Shown one piece after another: positions 1 through 8,637 of a stretch of DNA of 38,398 bases (positions are counted from its first letter, which is position 1; each line of letters begins with the position of its first letter). Source of the stretch: a virus (lineage: Duplodnaviria > Caudoviricetes); IMG/VR virus record IMGVR_UViG_3300033406_000385, positions 1 through 38,398 of that record; one strand, given 5' to 3'. A program made the translations under genes and the position numbers. The notes under the pieces were generated by a model, which saw only the letters and a list, made by a program, of their open reading frames with translations, was not told where the DNA came from and did no database searches.

Positions 1-726
1 TCACCCCATCAATAAACATTTTTTCGCAACATCCTCTATGGCGTCAAAATCGGGTTCGTTAATACTAATATAATCTTTATAAACACTAATTTTATAATTA
101 TTACCGTCGTTTTTGGTATTTAACTGTTTTTTCTCAAGCACAGATAAAGAAAAAATACATTCAAAGAAATCAACGTGTTCTGGCCCTAATCTTTGGATTA
201 ATAACCCGTAAAAAGGATTATGCATTGAGCTGAATTTAATATTTATATTATAGTTTTTATGACTACAACTTATGCGACGTTCGAAACTGTTAAACAATAT
301 TCTTAATTCTTTAAGCATATCTTTTGCCCCAGTATAGGTTACATTAATATTATTAAAAAGCAATTCAACCTGAACGCTATCACTCTGGCTAGTGTCCAAA
401 TCATATTGCATCGTTAAAGCAAAATTACTAAATTCATACAACTTTTTGTTTTTCAAATTAAAAACTTTTTTGTATTTATCTCTTCCGTAACGATCACAAA
501 GGATCGATTCAAAAATACCATACGCATCAACACTTTTACCTACAGTAAATGCCGTAGATATTTTCCAATTTGTATCTTTCCATCTAGAAATAATTTTAAG
601 CACGAAAAAATAATATTTAGGGCTTCTCGTATATAAAATAATGTGAAGGCCACCAATGCCAAGCATCAACGGAATCACAGAACATAACACAGTAACAATT
701 TTCGATGCGTCTTTTACCCATTCCAC
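1..726 (-). CDS. AT-rich accessory (moron) protein with N-terminal transmembrane segment, function unknown
   Basis: 241-aa ORF, GTG start with SD AAGGAGGTGG, hydrophobic residues ~10-32, lies after the lysis-cassette terminator. Confidence 0.75.
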   Translation of the reverse strand: MEWVKDASKIVTVLCSVIPLMLGIGGLHIILYTRSPKYYFFVLKIISRWKDTNWKISTAFTVGKSVDAYGIFESILCDRYGRDKYKKVFNLKNKKLYEFSNFALTMQYDLDTSQSDSVQVELLFNNINVTYTGAKDMLKELRILFNSFERRISCSHKNYNINIKFSSMHNPFYGLLIQRLGPEHVDFFECIFSLSVLEKKQLNTKNDGNNYKISVYKDYISINEPDFDAIEDVAKKCLLMG

Positions 727-816
727 AAAACCACCTCCTTTCGTGTATCATATTAATTTATTAACTGTCCGTTAGATAAATCCTGCAAAAAACTATAAAA
801 AATAATTTTCAAACAC

Positions 817-855
817 AAAAAGCCCGGCTAGCCGTATCAAAACGACTAGCCGGGC
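817..855 (-). terminator. Rho-independent terminator of the late/lysis operon
   Basis: GCCCGGCTAG...CTAGCCGGGC stem (822-855) followed by TTTTTG on the minus strand. Confidence 0.85.
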
Positions 856-861
856 ATTAAT

Positions 862-1311
862 TTATTTCCGCACCGCAAAAAATATTGCTAATACATAACC
901 GATATCTCTCTCAATTTTTAATTTATTAGTTTCCGATACCATTTCTTTGTTGTACGCTTCGAATGATTGATTTGCCTTCTGCAATGAGACTTGCGCTTGA
1001 TTTAAGTCGATCTTGGCTTGCGTCGATACGGTCCTCAACTGTATTAATTGTGCCTGCAACGTCGCCAAGTCCTGCTGATATTGTACCAGCTTGCTCTGCG
1101 CTGTCGCCAAGTCCGTTTTCGATGATTCCAAGTCCGTCAATAGCTGATTGTTGTTGATCTCCAACTGACCGAAGATCTGATCTAACCTGGTCAGCTCCGC
1201 TGGGGTTATCTCCGCCGCCATACACATTCCAGGCAATGAGACCAGCAATAACACACATAGCAATAATGAGCAAAGTTTTCTTGTCAGTAAAAATGCTTTT
1301 AATCGCTTCAA
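862..1311 (-). CDS. Putative spanin-like component: signal peptide, long coiled coil, hydrophobic C-terminal tail
   Basis: TTG start 9 nt after AAAGGGTG; N-terminal basic+hydrophobic segment; Q/L heptads; ends IGYVLAIFFAVRK; stop just before the terminator. Confidence 0.65.
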   Translation of the reverse strand: MKRLKAFLLTRKLCSLLLCVLLLVSLPGMCMAAEITPAELTRLDQIFGQLEINNNQLLTDLESSKTDLATAQSKLVQYQQDLATLQAQLIQLRTVSTQAKIDLNQAQVSLQKANQSFEAYNKEMVSETNKLKIERDIGYVLAIFFAVRK

Positions 1312-1321
1312 TCGTAATCAC
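926..1321 (-). CDS. Putative inner-membrane spanin-like protein (N-terminal TM + coiled coil)
   Basis: GTG overlaps the endolysin stop (GTGA); TM LLIIAMCVIAGLIAW after KK; heptad periodicity. Confidence 0.65.
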   Translation of the reverse strand: MITIEAIKSIFTDKKTLLIIAMCVIAGLIAWNVYGGGDNPSGADQVRSDLRSVGDQQQSAIDGLGIIENGLGDSAEQAGTISAGLGDVAGTINTVEDRIDASQDRLKSSASLIAEGKSIIRSVQQRNGIGN

Positions 1322-1893
1322 ACCCTTTCTAATCCAACAACATAATCATAAGTATTGTTCGCGCGGTTTGCGTACCCGTCGGCATATTCCGAGCAGTCAG
1401 CTGCTGCAGCATATTCATCGTGGAACAGGTCCCGCAACGTTCCCAGGCAGTTGATATCATATCCTCGTTCGGCCCGCCGTTGCAAAAATCGACTTACGAC
1501 ATAGTGCGAAGTCGGGCACCAGATACCGGCATAAATAATGCAGTCCGGATCAATAAGACCCGCGTCAATTAGTGCCGGTAAGTAACTGTTCGCGCAATCC
1601 TGGGCAAGTATCATATCCTGAGCCGCGCGTCCTTGCTCTGAGTCCAGTAGCGCGGATAAAGCATCCAATTCCCCGGCTGCCTCAATGTCGGAATAAGTCC
1701 GACCGGCAAACTGATCACCGCCGTCGATATAAGACAACAGCAAGTCACCTCTGCCGCCGATCCCTTCCCATTGGCTGCAACCCATGCTTGGATAATCACC
1801 AGCGGTTGAGCATGACACAGCGCCATACGGTCCCTCAACGCCGGTTTCTACCAGCCCGCGCGCAATCGCTTTCGTCAATTCATCCGGTGTCAT
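1318..1893 (-). CDS. Putative endolysin, lysozyme-like fold
   Basis: Directly after the holin; E-G-x-Y ... S-x-G-x-x-Q-W pattern and C-terminal GY-x-NR resemble lysozyme-superfamily muramidases. Confidence 0.65.
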   Translation of the reverse strand: MTPDELTKAIARGLVETGVEGPYGAVSCSTAGDYPSMGCSQWEGIGGRGDLLLSYIDGGDQFAGRTYSDIEAAGELDALSALLDSEQGRAAQDMILAQDCANSYLPALIDAGLIDPDCIIYAGIWCPTSHYVVSRFLQRRAERGYDINCLGTLRDLFHDEYAAAADCSEYADGYANRANNTYDYVVGLERV

Positions 1894-2312
1894 TTACTGC
1901 ACCCCTTCTCATCCCGCAACTGGATCAGCTTCTCTTTAATATATTGGGGTATGTACTCGCCATACCCCATCCGATCCACGTTCTCGATAATCGACAGCCC
2001 TTCCATGGCAGCGTAACCGAATACCGCCATGCTGCGAAAAATATGGTTCAAGCTCATCGACGTATCGAGCAAACTGGCGAAGGCAACAACCGCTAAAATC
2101 ACGATCTTTCGTTTGATCCCGGAGAAACTCCGTTGGCTGGACAACGTACCAGTCTTCCACGCCGCTATCATGCCAGTTGCATAGTCAATGCAAATCAGAA
2201 CCAGCAGCGCCTTTATTGGCGCATCCATGCCACCAACCAGCCATGAAAAAACCGCGCCGATGGCACTAAATAAAGCCATGACGCGGAGTTCGGTTTGTGT
2301 GTATTCAATCAT
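1890..2312 (-). CDS. Phage holin (Phage_holin_4_1 type)
   Basis: Motifs DYATGMIAA, G-x-x-RK, EGLSIIEN-x-x-RMG; several TM segments. Confidence 0.9.
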   Translation of the reverse strand: MIEYTQTELRVMALFSAIGAVFSWLVGGMDAPIKALLVLICIDYATGMIAAWKTGTLSSQRSFSGIKRKIVILAVVAFASLLDTSMSLNHIFRSMAVFGYAAMEGLSIIENVDRMGYGEYIPQYIKEKLIQLRDEKGCSK

Positions 2313-2326
2313 GCCGCCACCTCCAG

Positions 2327-4855
2327 TTAATAGATAATACTCCTGTCAATTCCAGCGCCATACCGATATGTGTTGATTGTACGACTTGTTTTGTCGACAA
2401 CAAATACATCCCACGCATCTTCCGTGTTTGTTCCAGTCGTGCGTGTATACGAATAGTTTCCATCTGGTGGACTTTCATAATAATCTGGATAACTACTTAA
2501 TACGGAAATCATAGGAAAGCCTAAATCCTCCGGAATTTCCATGGTATCATAGTGCGTATGCCCAAAAACATACGCTATTAAATTCATTGCACCTTGCGAT
2601 GAAAAATCAACCGAAACCGAAGTTTCACTATCGGTATAACTTGTTCCATTCTTATACGCATATAGGATTTGTTCAATTACTGCTCCGTATTTTGCAACAG
2701 TAACGCCGGTATATCGCGATCGAGTACAGTGATGGCCAAATGCAATTACATGCCAATTCGCTTCATCGCCGCCTTTACTGCTTAAATCCAAAGCAGTATT
2801 AGCAATCCATTGTAGTTGTGTCGGACTCCAGCCCCAACGCAATACAGTATCGTATGGTTGACTTGCGGAATTAGTAAATATAGCCCTAATTTTAAATTTA
2901 TCAAAATCCTGATAATAATAACCGCCGTCTGGCTCAGACGGATTAACGACAATATCATTTTGTCGAAATGGTCTAACCATTCGACTGAACCATTCATTTA
3001 TGGTTAAATCTCCCGTTGTTTGTGATCCATCAGAATCGTGGTTCCCTCGCATGCAAAATACTGGCTGCTTAATTCCATCAAAAACTTTTGCATATTCGGA
3101 CAGGTTAGTCCTAACCGTATCAATCGTCGTTTCTCCTGCGATCGAATCTCCGCCATGTACCACAAAGTCCATTTGCCCATACTTACTCATAGAGGAAATG
3201 GCTTTTAAATGATCTATGCATCCGTGCGTATCAGTTATAAAGCCGAAACACAGCTTGTTATACGTGGTTACTTGGGAAACACTGTTATTTATAGATTTCA
3301 AATCACTGGACGCGTAATCTGCAATAGCATCATCATCGTATGGTCGCTTACCATCAATCAAAAAATCGCCAAGCATAAATACCTTTTTATATGTGCGTGA
3401 GAAAAGTGCTAACAGAATTTCAGATGGACTGATAGAAGTAATCGAACTCGTTGTTCTGACTTGGAAAGTTTTAGTACTTGTATCGAATGTAAGAAGTTCC
3501 TCGCTTGAAGAAGTGATCATATTAATAGTTAAATCGACTGCTCCTGTAACATTTATACTATCTAAATACGTATTTTTCACCGCAATATTTGTTATTGCAG
3601 GGATAAATATTGTATTCGAAGCAAATCTAAAATCAATCTTCGCCCCAAGTCCTCCAATGATGCCGAAGTTACCTGCGACTACCTTCCCGCCATTTACCGT
3701 ATAAGGAGCATTAATCGTTATTTGTTTGGAAGGTAACCACAAAATACCAACCACACTAGAATAGCCTGTAAAATTAGGGATTGTAGCACCGTTGTATATT
3801 TCAAATTTAAGAGTATTGATGTTAAACGCAATTGTAAAACTCTGAAACCCTGGAACTAAAGCAGAGAAATCAACCGTATGAGATGAGAAATCCCACGCCT
3901 TAGATCCAAACCGTATTCCACCTGCGGGAACTGTTAGTATGTAATTTGTTAAATCGAAGTTAATAAATCCGCCAGCTGTGTTTATCCAAGGTGTAATCGC
4001 ATATGGTGGTACATTAGCAACCGAGCTACCTGCCGTTATGCACGGCGCTGGGACATTGATGTATTTATAGCTAATCTCAAACACACCTGCAAGAACATAC
4101 GTTTCTGGAGTTGATGCTATATCGGCAGAATATTTAACTTTAAATTGAAGTGTCGATGTATCAAAATATAACGTACAACTTGACGACACAACATTCGAAA
4201 AATCAACTGTATGTGCCGAAAATGAATATACTGTTTTCCCAATTCGTAATCCGCCTGCCGGTACGCTGATCGTTTTTGCTGTAAAATCGAAAACGAAATA
4301 ACTGCCCGCTGTATTGATTATTGGTTTAGCAGCAAGCGCAGTAATTTTAGCCGAAGTTACCGATCCATCAACAACTGGCGGTACATATGACGATTTTTGC
4401 CAACTTCCTGAGCCACTAGCACCAAGTTTGATGTAAATTCCGTTGTTTGTACTTGTGCTGTCGTTAGTTACTAAGGCCAAAATATTCGCAGCATGGGCAA
4501 GGTCAGCATCCATCAGCGCCTTGGTGGTAAACGCCACATCCGCTGTCGCTTGTGCAGATAAATTAGCTGCATTGGCTGCCGTTTCTGCTGCTGTTTTATA
4601 TGTTAATGCGTTTGTTTCACTTTCCGCCGCTGCTGAAGCTGAACTTTCCGCTGAAGCTGTTGCATTGGCTACCGCTGCGTTTATAGTTTGATCTACATTG
4701 CTTTCGGCTAATTCAGCCGCCGTTTTAGATGTTTCTGCTGCTTCTGCCGAACTTTCCGCATCGATTGCCGATGCTGCTGCAGCATTGGCTGACATTGCCG
4801 CTTGATTAATTGATGCCGTACTTCCTTTGTCCACAATAACAATTGTATCTGCCAT
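2327..4855 (-). CDS. Tail fibre/spike with C-terminal calcineurin-like metallophosphoesterase domain
   Basis: Ala-rich N-terminal coil, internal ~110-aa repeats, then DTH, GD, GNHD, HH and GHTH motifs; last gene of the tail module. Confidence 0.8.
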   Translation of the reverse strand: MADTIVIVDKGSTASINQAAMSANAAAASAIDAESSAEAAETSKTAAELAESNVDQTINAAVANATASAESSASAAAESETNALTYKTAAETAANAANLSAQATADVAFTTKALMDADLAHAANILALVTNDSTSTNNGIYIKLGASGSGSWQKSSYVPPVVDGSVTSAKITALAAKPIINTAGSYFVFDFTAKTISVPAGGLRIGKTVYSFSAHTVDFSNVVSSSCTLYFDTSTLQFKVKYSADIASTPETYVLAGVFEISYKYINVPAPCITAGSSVANVPPYAITPWINTAGGFINFDLTNYILTVPAGGIRFGSKAWDFSSHTVDFSALVPGFQSFTIAFNINTLKFEIYNGATIPNFTGYSSVVGILWLPSKQITINAPYTVNGGKVVAGNFGIIGGLGAKIDFRFASNTIFIPAITNIAVKNTYLDSINVTGAVDLTINMITSSSEELLTFDTSTKTFQVRTTSSITSISPSEILLALFSRTYKKVFMLGDFLIDGKRPYDDDAIADYASSDLKSINNSVSQVTTYNKLCFGFITDTHGCIDHLKAISSMSKYGQMDFVVHGGDSIAGETTIDTVRTNLSEYAKVFDGIKQPVFCMRGNHDSDGSQTTGDLTINEWFSRMVRPFRQNDIVVNPSEPDGGYYYQDFDKFKIRAIFTNSASQPYDTVLRWGWSPTQLQWIANTALDLSSKGGDEANWHVIAFGHHCTRSRYTGVTVAKYGAVIEQILYAYKNGTSYTDSETSVSVDFSSQGAMNLIAYVFGHTHYDTMEIPEDLGFPMISVLSSYPDYYESPPDGNYSYTRTTGTNTEDAWDVFVVDKTSRTINTYRYGAGIDRSIIY

Positions 4856-5226
4856 TACTTTGTCACCTCCGGTGATAAATATAAAACTCCCTCAGTAAAT
4901 GTTTCTACATACCCGCTGCTCGCCCAGGTAAATTGCACATCCTGTGTATAAGCTGTGCAATCGGATACGGTTGGACCTCTTGCGGGCAGGCTTGCCATTG
5001 TTGCTGCCGTCGCTTCGAGGTGATACCTCCCTTCTGCCGCGTTATCGATAACTACCGTTAATTCGGCAATAACGCCACTGTTAGCCGCCGTGCGTATCTG
5101 GCATTTCCCCGTTGCGCCGGTCAGGTCAACAGGAACGTCACCTCGCTTATATTGATACAAATCAGAATGAAAACTATCGCCTTGCTTTGCATATAAATCT
5201 AGTTTCCCCGCCAAAATCATCACCAT
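4855..5226 (-). CDS. Small tail/fibre adaptor protein (start may be ATG 5220)
   Basis: QGD...VDLTGAT..CQIR...LSPEVT pattern common in phage tail accessory proteins; position in module. Confidence 0.65.
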   Translation of the reverse strand: MVMILAGKLDLYAKQGDSFHSDLYQYKRGDVPVDLTGATGKCQIRTAANSGVIAELTVVIDNAAEGRYHLEATAATMASLPARGPTVSDCTAYTQDVQFTWASSGYVETFTEGVLYLSPEVTK

Positions 5227-7343
5227 CCTTGTGCATCATATGTAAATTCTCCAATCATATCCGCCAATGTGCTTGTGTTTTGGATTAACGCTTCAAAGCC
5301 TGTCGCCGTTACGTTGCGCCAATATACTGCTCCACCCGTTGTATTGCAATAGGCAACGAAAGTGGGGGCGCTGCTAAATGCTTCAGCAAAAGCAAAGGCG
5401 GTCCAGCCGGCCGGATCGATCGTTTTCGTCGCTCTCTCAATGCGACTTAGCGAACCAGATCCTCGAATGGTATAGGTATATTCCGTTACTTCATCCAGCG
5501 ATTGTTCATTAAAGCCAAATACATTCTGCGCCGTTAATTTGACATGTAGCGTCCGGCCGATATCCGAAGTTTGATACGGATATAAAAAACCGTCCGAGTC
5601 ATAGCGCAAAAAATCCTCATTAGCTGAATGAGCTGCTGCCGTGCTTCCGTATCTACCCCGCCGGAGTCCCGATAAGGTGTATCGTCCGGCACTAACCAGC
5701 GTGGCCGTCTCGTAGGCCATCCATTCATCACCAATGGCAATTAATGTTGCGTTAGCGTCCGCTGCATCAGCTGAAGCGCTAAGCAGTTGTGTGCTGGTGT
5801 CTGCCAGTTGCACGGTTGCCGATGTGGCACCGGCCGTAATCGTAGAAACAAGCTTGCCATATCGTCCAGGCCCATTAATCCGGCCGACCTGTGAATATTG
5901 GGTACCATCATAGGAAACCCATACACCAGCTCCGCCCCATGTCTGATTATTGACTCCGCAGGCAGCAACGCCAATATTATGGCTGCCATCGAGAAACGGT
6001 GTTTCATAAAACAATGGCGTTTGCGTGGCTCCCGGTTCAACGTTACGATCCAGCGCCCCGCGGTCCGCATCATATACGAAATATTTGGCCGGTGAATATG
6101 CACCAAAAGGCCGGTATTTCGCTTCACACTGGTACGCTTCATCACCATCCTCCGTAATGCTCTCGATAATAACAGGCAGTTTATTCAATCCCGCCGCCGT
6201 GCAGGTCAGCGTGACAATATCTCCAGGCTCTAATAAGCTGTGCATTAATCCCAGCTTGAATTTATAGGTATTGCGCCCATAGCAGCTATCCAGCGCCAAC
6301 ATTTGGGCAACATATTCCGCCCGGGCTTTGGTATGGATTTCGTGGTAGGTCACCGTTGACATTGGCCGCAGGCCGCGTTTGTTGATATCGGCCAATATCT
6401 GATAATCTACTGTTTCTGTTTCATAACTATTCGCCCGGTTGGTAAATTCGACGGTCACATGATTGTACGTCTCAGCATTGTCCGTGCGCTCCCAGGTAAC
6501 TAATTTACCGTCATCATCTTCTAGAAAATCATCTTCTGTCAGATCGTATTCCGGCGTGGTATTCGGAGTATAGGTAACGTTATTGCCGGTAATCGCTGAC
6601 TCACAGCGCGGCACAAATTTCATTTTCGACTGGCTCCAAAAAACAATGGTATTGGTCATTTCGCAAAGCCGGTTCACAATTTCATATGCCTTGGACTGAT
6701 CCGTTAATGCTTCGGTAATAAATAGGTCCGACGCTGCACAGAAGTTTTTAAAATCCGTCATGGAAGACGCATGCACGTTATCCGAAGTAAATCCAAGGTC
6801 GGCCAAAATATACTCCGTAACCGCGCCTGGGTTCACATCCGTTCCATCTCCGCTTGTCAGCAGATCGCCTTTAATCTCAAAGTTGTATTGCTGTACTGCC
6901 GCGTCCGAATCAAGATCAATATAACCGGCAACATACGCTAACCCTGAGTACGGCAGCGCATGTGTCGGCGCCACCGGTGCAGTATAGGACCAAATGGATT
7001 GCCCGTCCGTACCATCAAACAATGTCAGTCCTGCAGCCGCCAGCGTTGTTATGGTATCCGTATCAATCCATACCTGACCAACACCGGCAACCTTGCCCTC
7101 ACACAAAGCGAGTAATACCGCTGCCTTATAGGTATAGGTTACGGTTGTCGTTGATGATCCTCCGCCCTTGCCAGTGTGAGTTGTTGAAGTATTTTTAATG
7201 GTTGTGAAATTAAAGTAATCGATGATATTTGCCGATTGCCTTGACGTTCCCAGGATGACCGGAACAACAACGCCATACGTTGCCTCATTGACTTGAAATC
7301 CGGCCACGCTGCCGTTGTCGATCACCGTATTATGGTTGTTCAT
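5220..7343 (-). CDS. Tail tip/host-specificity protein (lambda J / GTA megatron-like, Phage-tail_3)
   Basis: YG..VPVI.G, LCEG, YSGLAY, LEPGD and LRRGRYGS motifs; follows the NlpC/P60 gene. Confidence 0.85.
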   Translation of the reverse strand: MNNHNTVIDNGSVAGFQVNEATYGVVVPVILGTSRQSANIIDYFNFTTIKNTSTTHTGKGGGSSTTTVTYTYKAAVLLALCEGKVAGVGQVWIDTDTITTLAAAGLTLFDGTDGQSIWSYTAPVAPTHALPYSGLAYVAGYIDLDSDAAVQQYNFEIKGDLLTSGDGTDVNPGAVTEYILADLGFTSDNVHASSMTDFKNFCAASDLFITEALTDQSKAYEIVNRLCEMTNTIVFWSQSKMKFVPRCESAITGNNVTYTPNTTPEYDLTEDDFLEDDDGKLVTWERTDNAETYNHVTVEFTNRANSYETETVDYQILADINKRGLRPMSTVTYHEIHTKARAEYVAQMLALDSCYGRNTYKFKLGLMHSLLEPGDIVTLTCTAAGLNKLPVIIESITEDGDEAYQCEAKYRPFGAYSPAKYFVYDADRGALDRNVEPGATQTPLFYETPFLDGSHNIGVAACGVNNQTWGGAGVWVSYDGTQYSQVGRINGPGRYGKLVSTITAGATSATVQLADTSTQLLSASADAADANATLIAIGDEWMAYETATLVSAGRYTLSGLRRGRYGSTAAAHSANEDFLRYDSDGFLYPYQTSDIGRTLHVKLTAQNVFGFNEQSLDEVTEYTYTIRGSGSLSRIERATKTIDPAGWTAFAFAEAFSSAPTFVAYCNTTGGAVYWRNVTATGFEALIQNTSTLADMIGEFTYDAQGW

Positions 7344-7780
7344 TATGTTTCACCTCTCAGCCTGTAAACGCCACGCAATCTGCTAGCGCCTTTACTGTCT
7401 AGCAGCAAGGCTTCATTCACATTGGATTCGATTACCCCGATATCAACGCAGGCCTGGATGATCAGCGGCCATTTCGTTACGATCCCAGCATGCGAAATAC
7501 AACGCCCAAATTGAAATACTGCGATATCACCCGGCAGCGGATCGCCGTCGATCAGATCGCAGTATTTTTGTACCCAAGCTAAATATTTTTCTTCTGACCG
7601 GTGCAAATGCCATTCCGGAGAGTACACCCCGGGTGAGCACTCCCCTGGTGAAATTAATCCTGCAGCTTCAAAAGAGGCGATCAGTAATTGTCCACAATCG
7701 ACCCCAACACCCTGGATACGAGCGCCGGAGTGATACGGAGTACCTAGCCATTTTCGTGCTTCCGTTACAACATCGCTCAT
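7343..7780 (-). CDS. NlpC/P60 tail-associated peptidase
   Basis: ARKWLGTPY, GVDC and H-AGI catalytic motifs. Confidence 0.9.
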   Translation of the reverse strand: MSDVVTEARKWLGTPYHSGARIQGVGVDCGQLLIASFEAAGLISPGECSPGVYSPEWHLHRSEEKYLAWVQKYCDLIDGDPLPGDIAVFQFGRCISHAGIVTKWPLIIQACVDIGVIESNVNEALLLDSKGASRLRGVYRLRGET

Positions 7781-8637
7781 ATTACCGTCTCCTTTAATGG
7801 AATGAATGGCGTTGACCGGTTACGCGCCAAATTATTAAATTTCGATGTGCAAACCGCCGGTGTTTTTGCGCAACCCGGGTAAATCGTAAAAGTATCACCC
7901 ACTGCCGGCAGACTGTCCAATGAAACAATGAACAAAATCCTGCCATTCGCAGCATACGAATTTTTAATGGACATGCTGCTGTCGCTCAGATCGCCGCTAG
8001 TAAACATCGCCCCTCCCAGATCATAATAACCGTCAGCAAAGGTTAGGTTCGTGTAAATTTCCTGTTTGCTGATCACCTGGGTAACGGTACCGGAAACGGT
8101 CCAGTCGGCAATATCAAGACCGCAATCGGCATCGTATAAGGTATAAGGGCAAGTTGGATAGTATTTCCGCAGAGGATAATCCACATTAAGCCGCTGCATG
8201 TACGATTTTACTTTCCAATCCATCTCTAACCCGCCGCCGCCCTCTACATCGACATAGCCGCCAAACCATTCCAACGCTCCCACAACAACGCCAGGTGCTG
8301 ACATGAAGCATTTATAGAGTGTAAGGTCGGCGTTATCAAACGCACCGTTTTGCGCTGCTTCCTGCCATGTAGCCGTGCCGATTAAATCAGTCGCATCCGA
8401 CTCAACCGTAATATCCATGGAATCGACTTCGATCTTTGCAGTCAATTTTGTCTTGCCCCGCGTAAACAGCGGACCTTTGTGTGAAAAAACGCGGCCGTCA
8501 GACAGGGTGATTGGCATGTCATAATCTGCGTAGCGCAGCACCGTTCCACTCGCTAATGTAATTTCGTATAAGTCGCATTTATGGAACACAGTAGCTGTGT
8601 GTAAGAAAGTTTTTAATTCATTCGAACAGGTTTTCAT
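7777..8637 (-). CDS. DUF2163/BR0599-family tail hub protein (lambda L-like)
   Basis: CPYTLYD..CG and YPGC.KT...C..KFNN cysteine motifs. Confidence 0.85.
   Translation of the reverse strand: MKTCSNELKTFLHTATVFHKCDLYEITLASGTVLRYADYDMPITLSDGRVFSHKGPLFTRGKTKLTAKIEVDSMDITVESDATDLIGTATWQEAAQNGAFDNADLTLYKCFMSAPGVVVGALEWFGGYVDVEGGGGLEMDWKVKSYMQRLNVDYPLRKYYPTCPYTLYDADCGLDIADWTVSGTVTQVISKQEIYTNLTFADGYYDLGGAMFTSGDLSDSSMSIKNSYAANGRILFIVSLDSLPAVGDTFTIYPGCAKTPAVCTSKFNNLARNRSTPFIPLKETVI

Noticed and set aside
727-861. Searched for the second att site (tRNA-Leu 3' duplicate)
   Set aside because: No match seen by eye; the boundary is probably left of the window
2327-7343. Diversity-generating retroelement or invertible tail-fibre cassette
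   Set aside because: No reverse transcriptase, no TR/VR pair differing at adenines, no invertase; fibre repeats are old protein-level duplications
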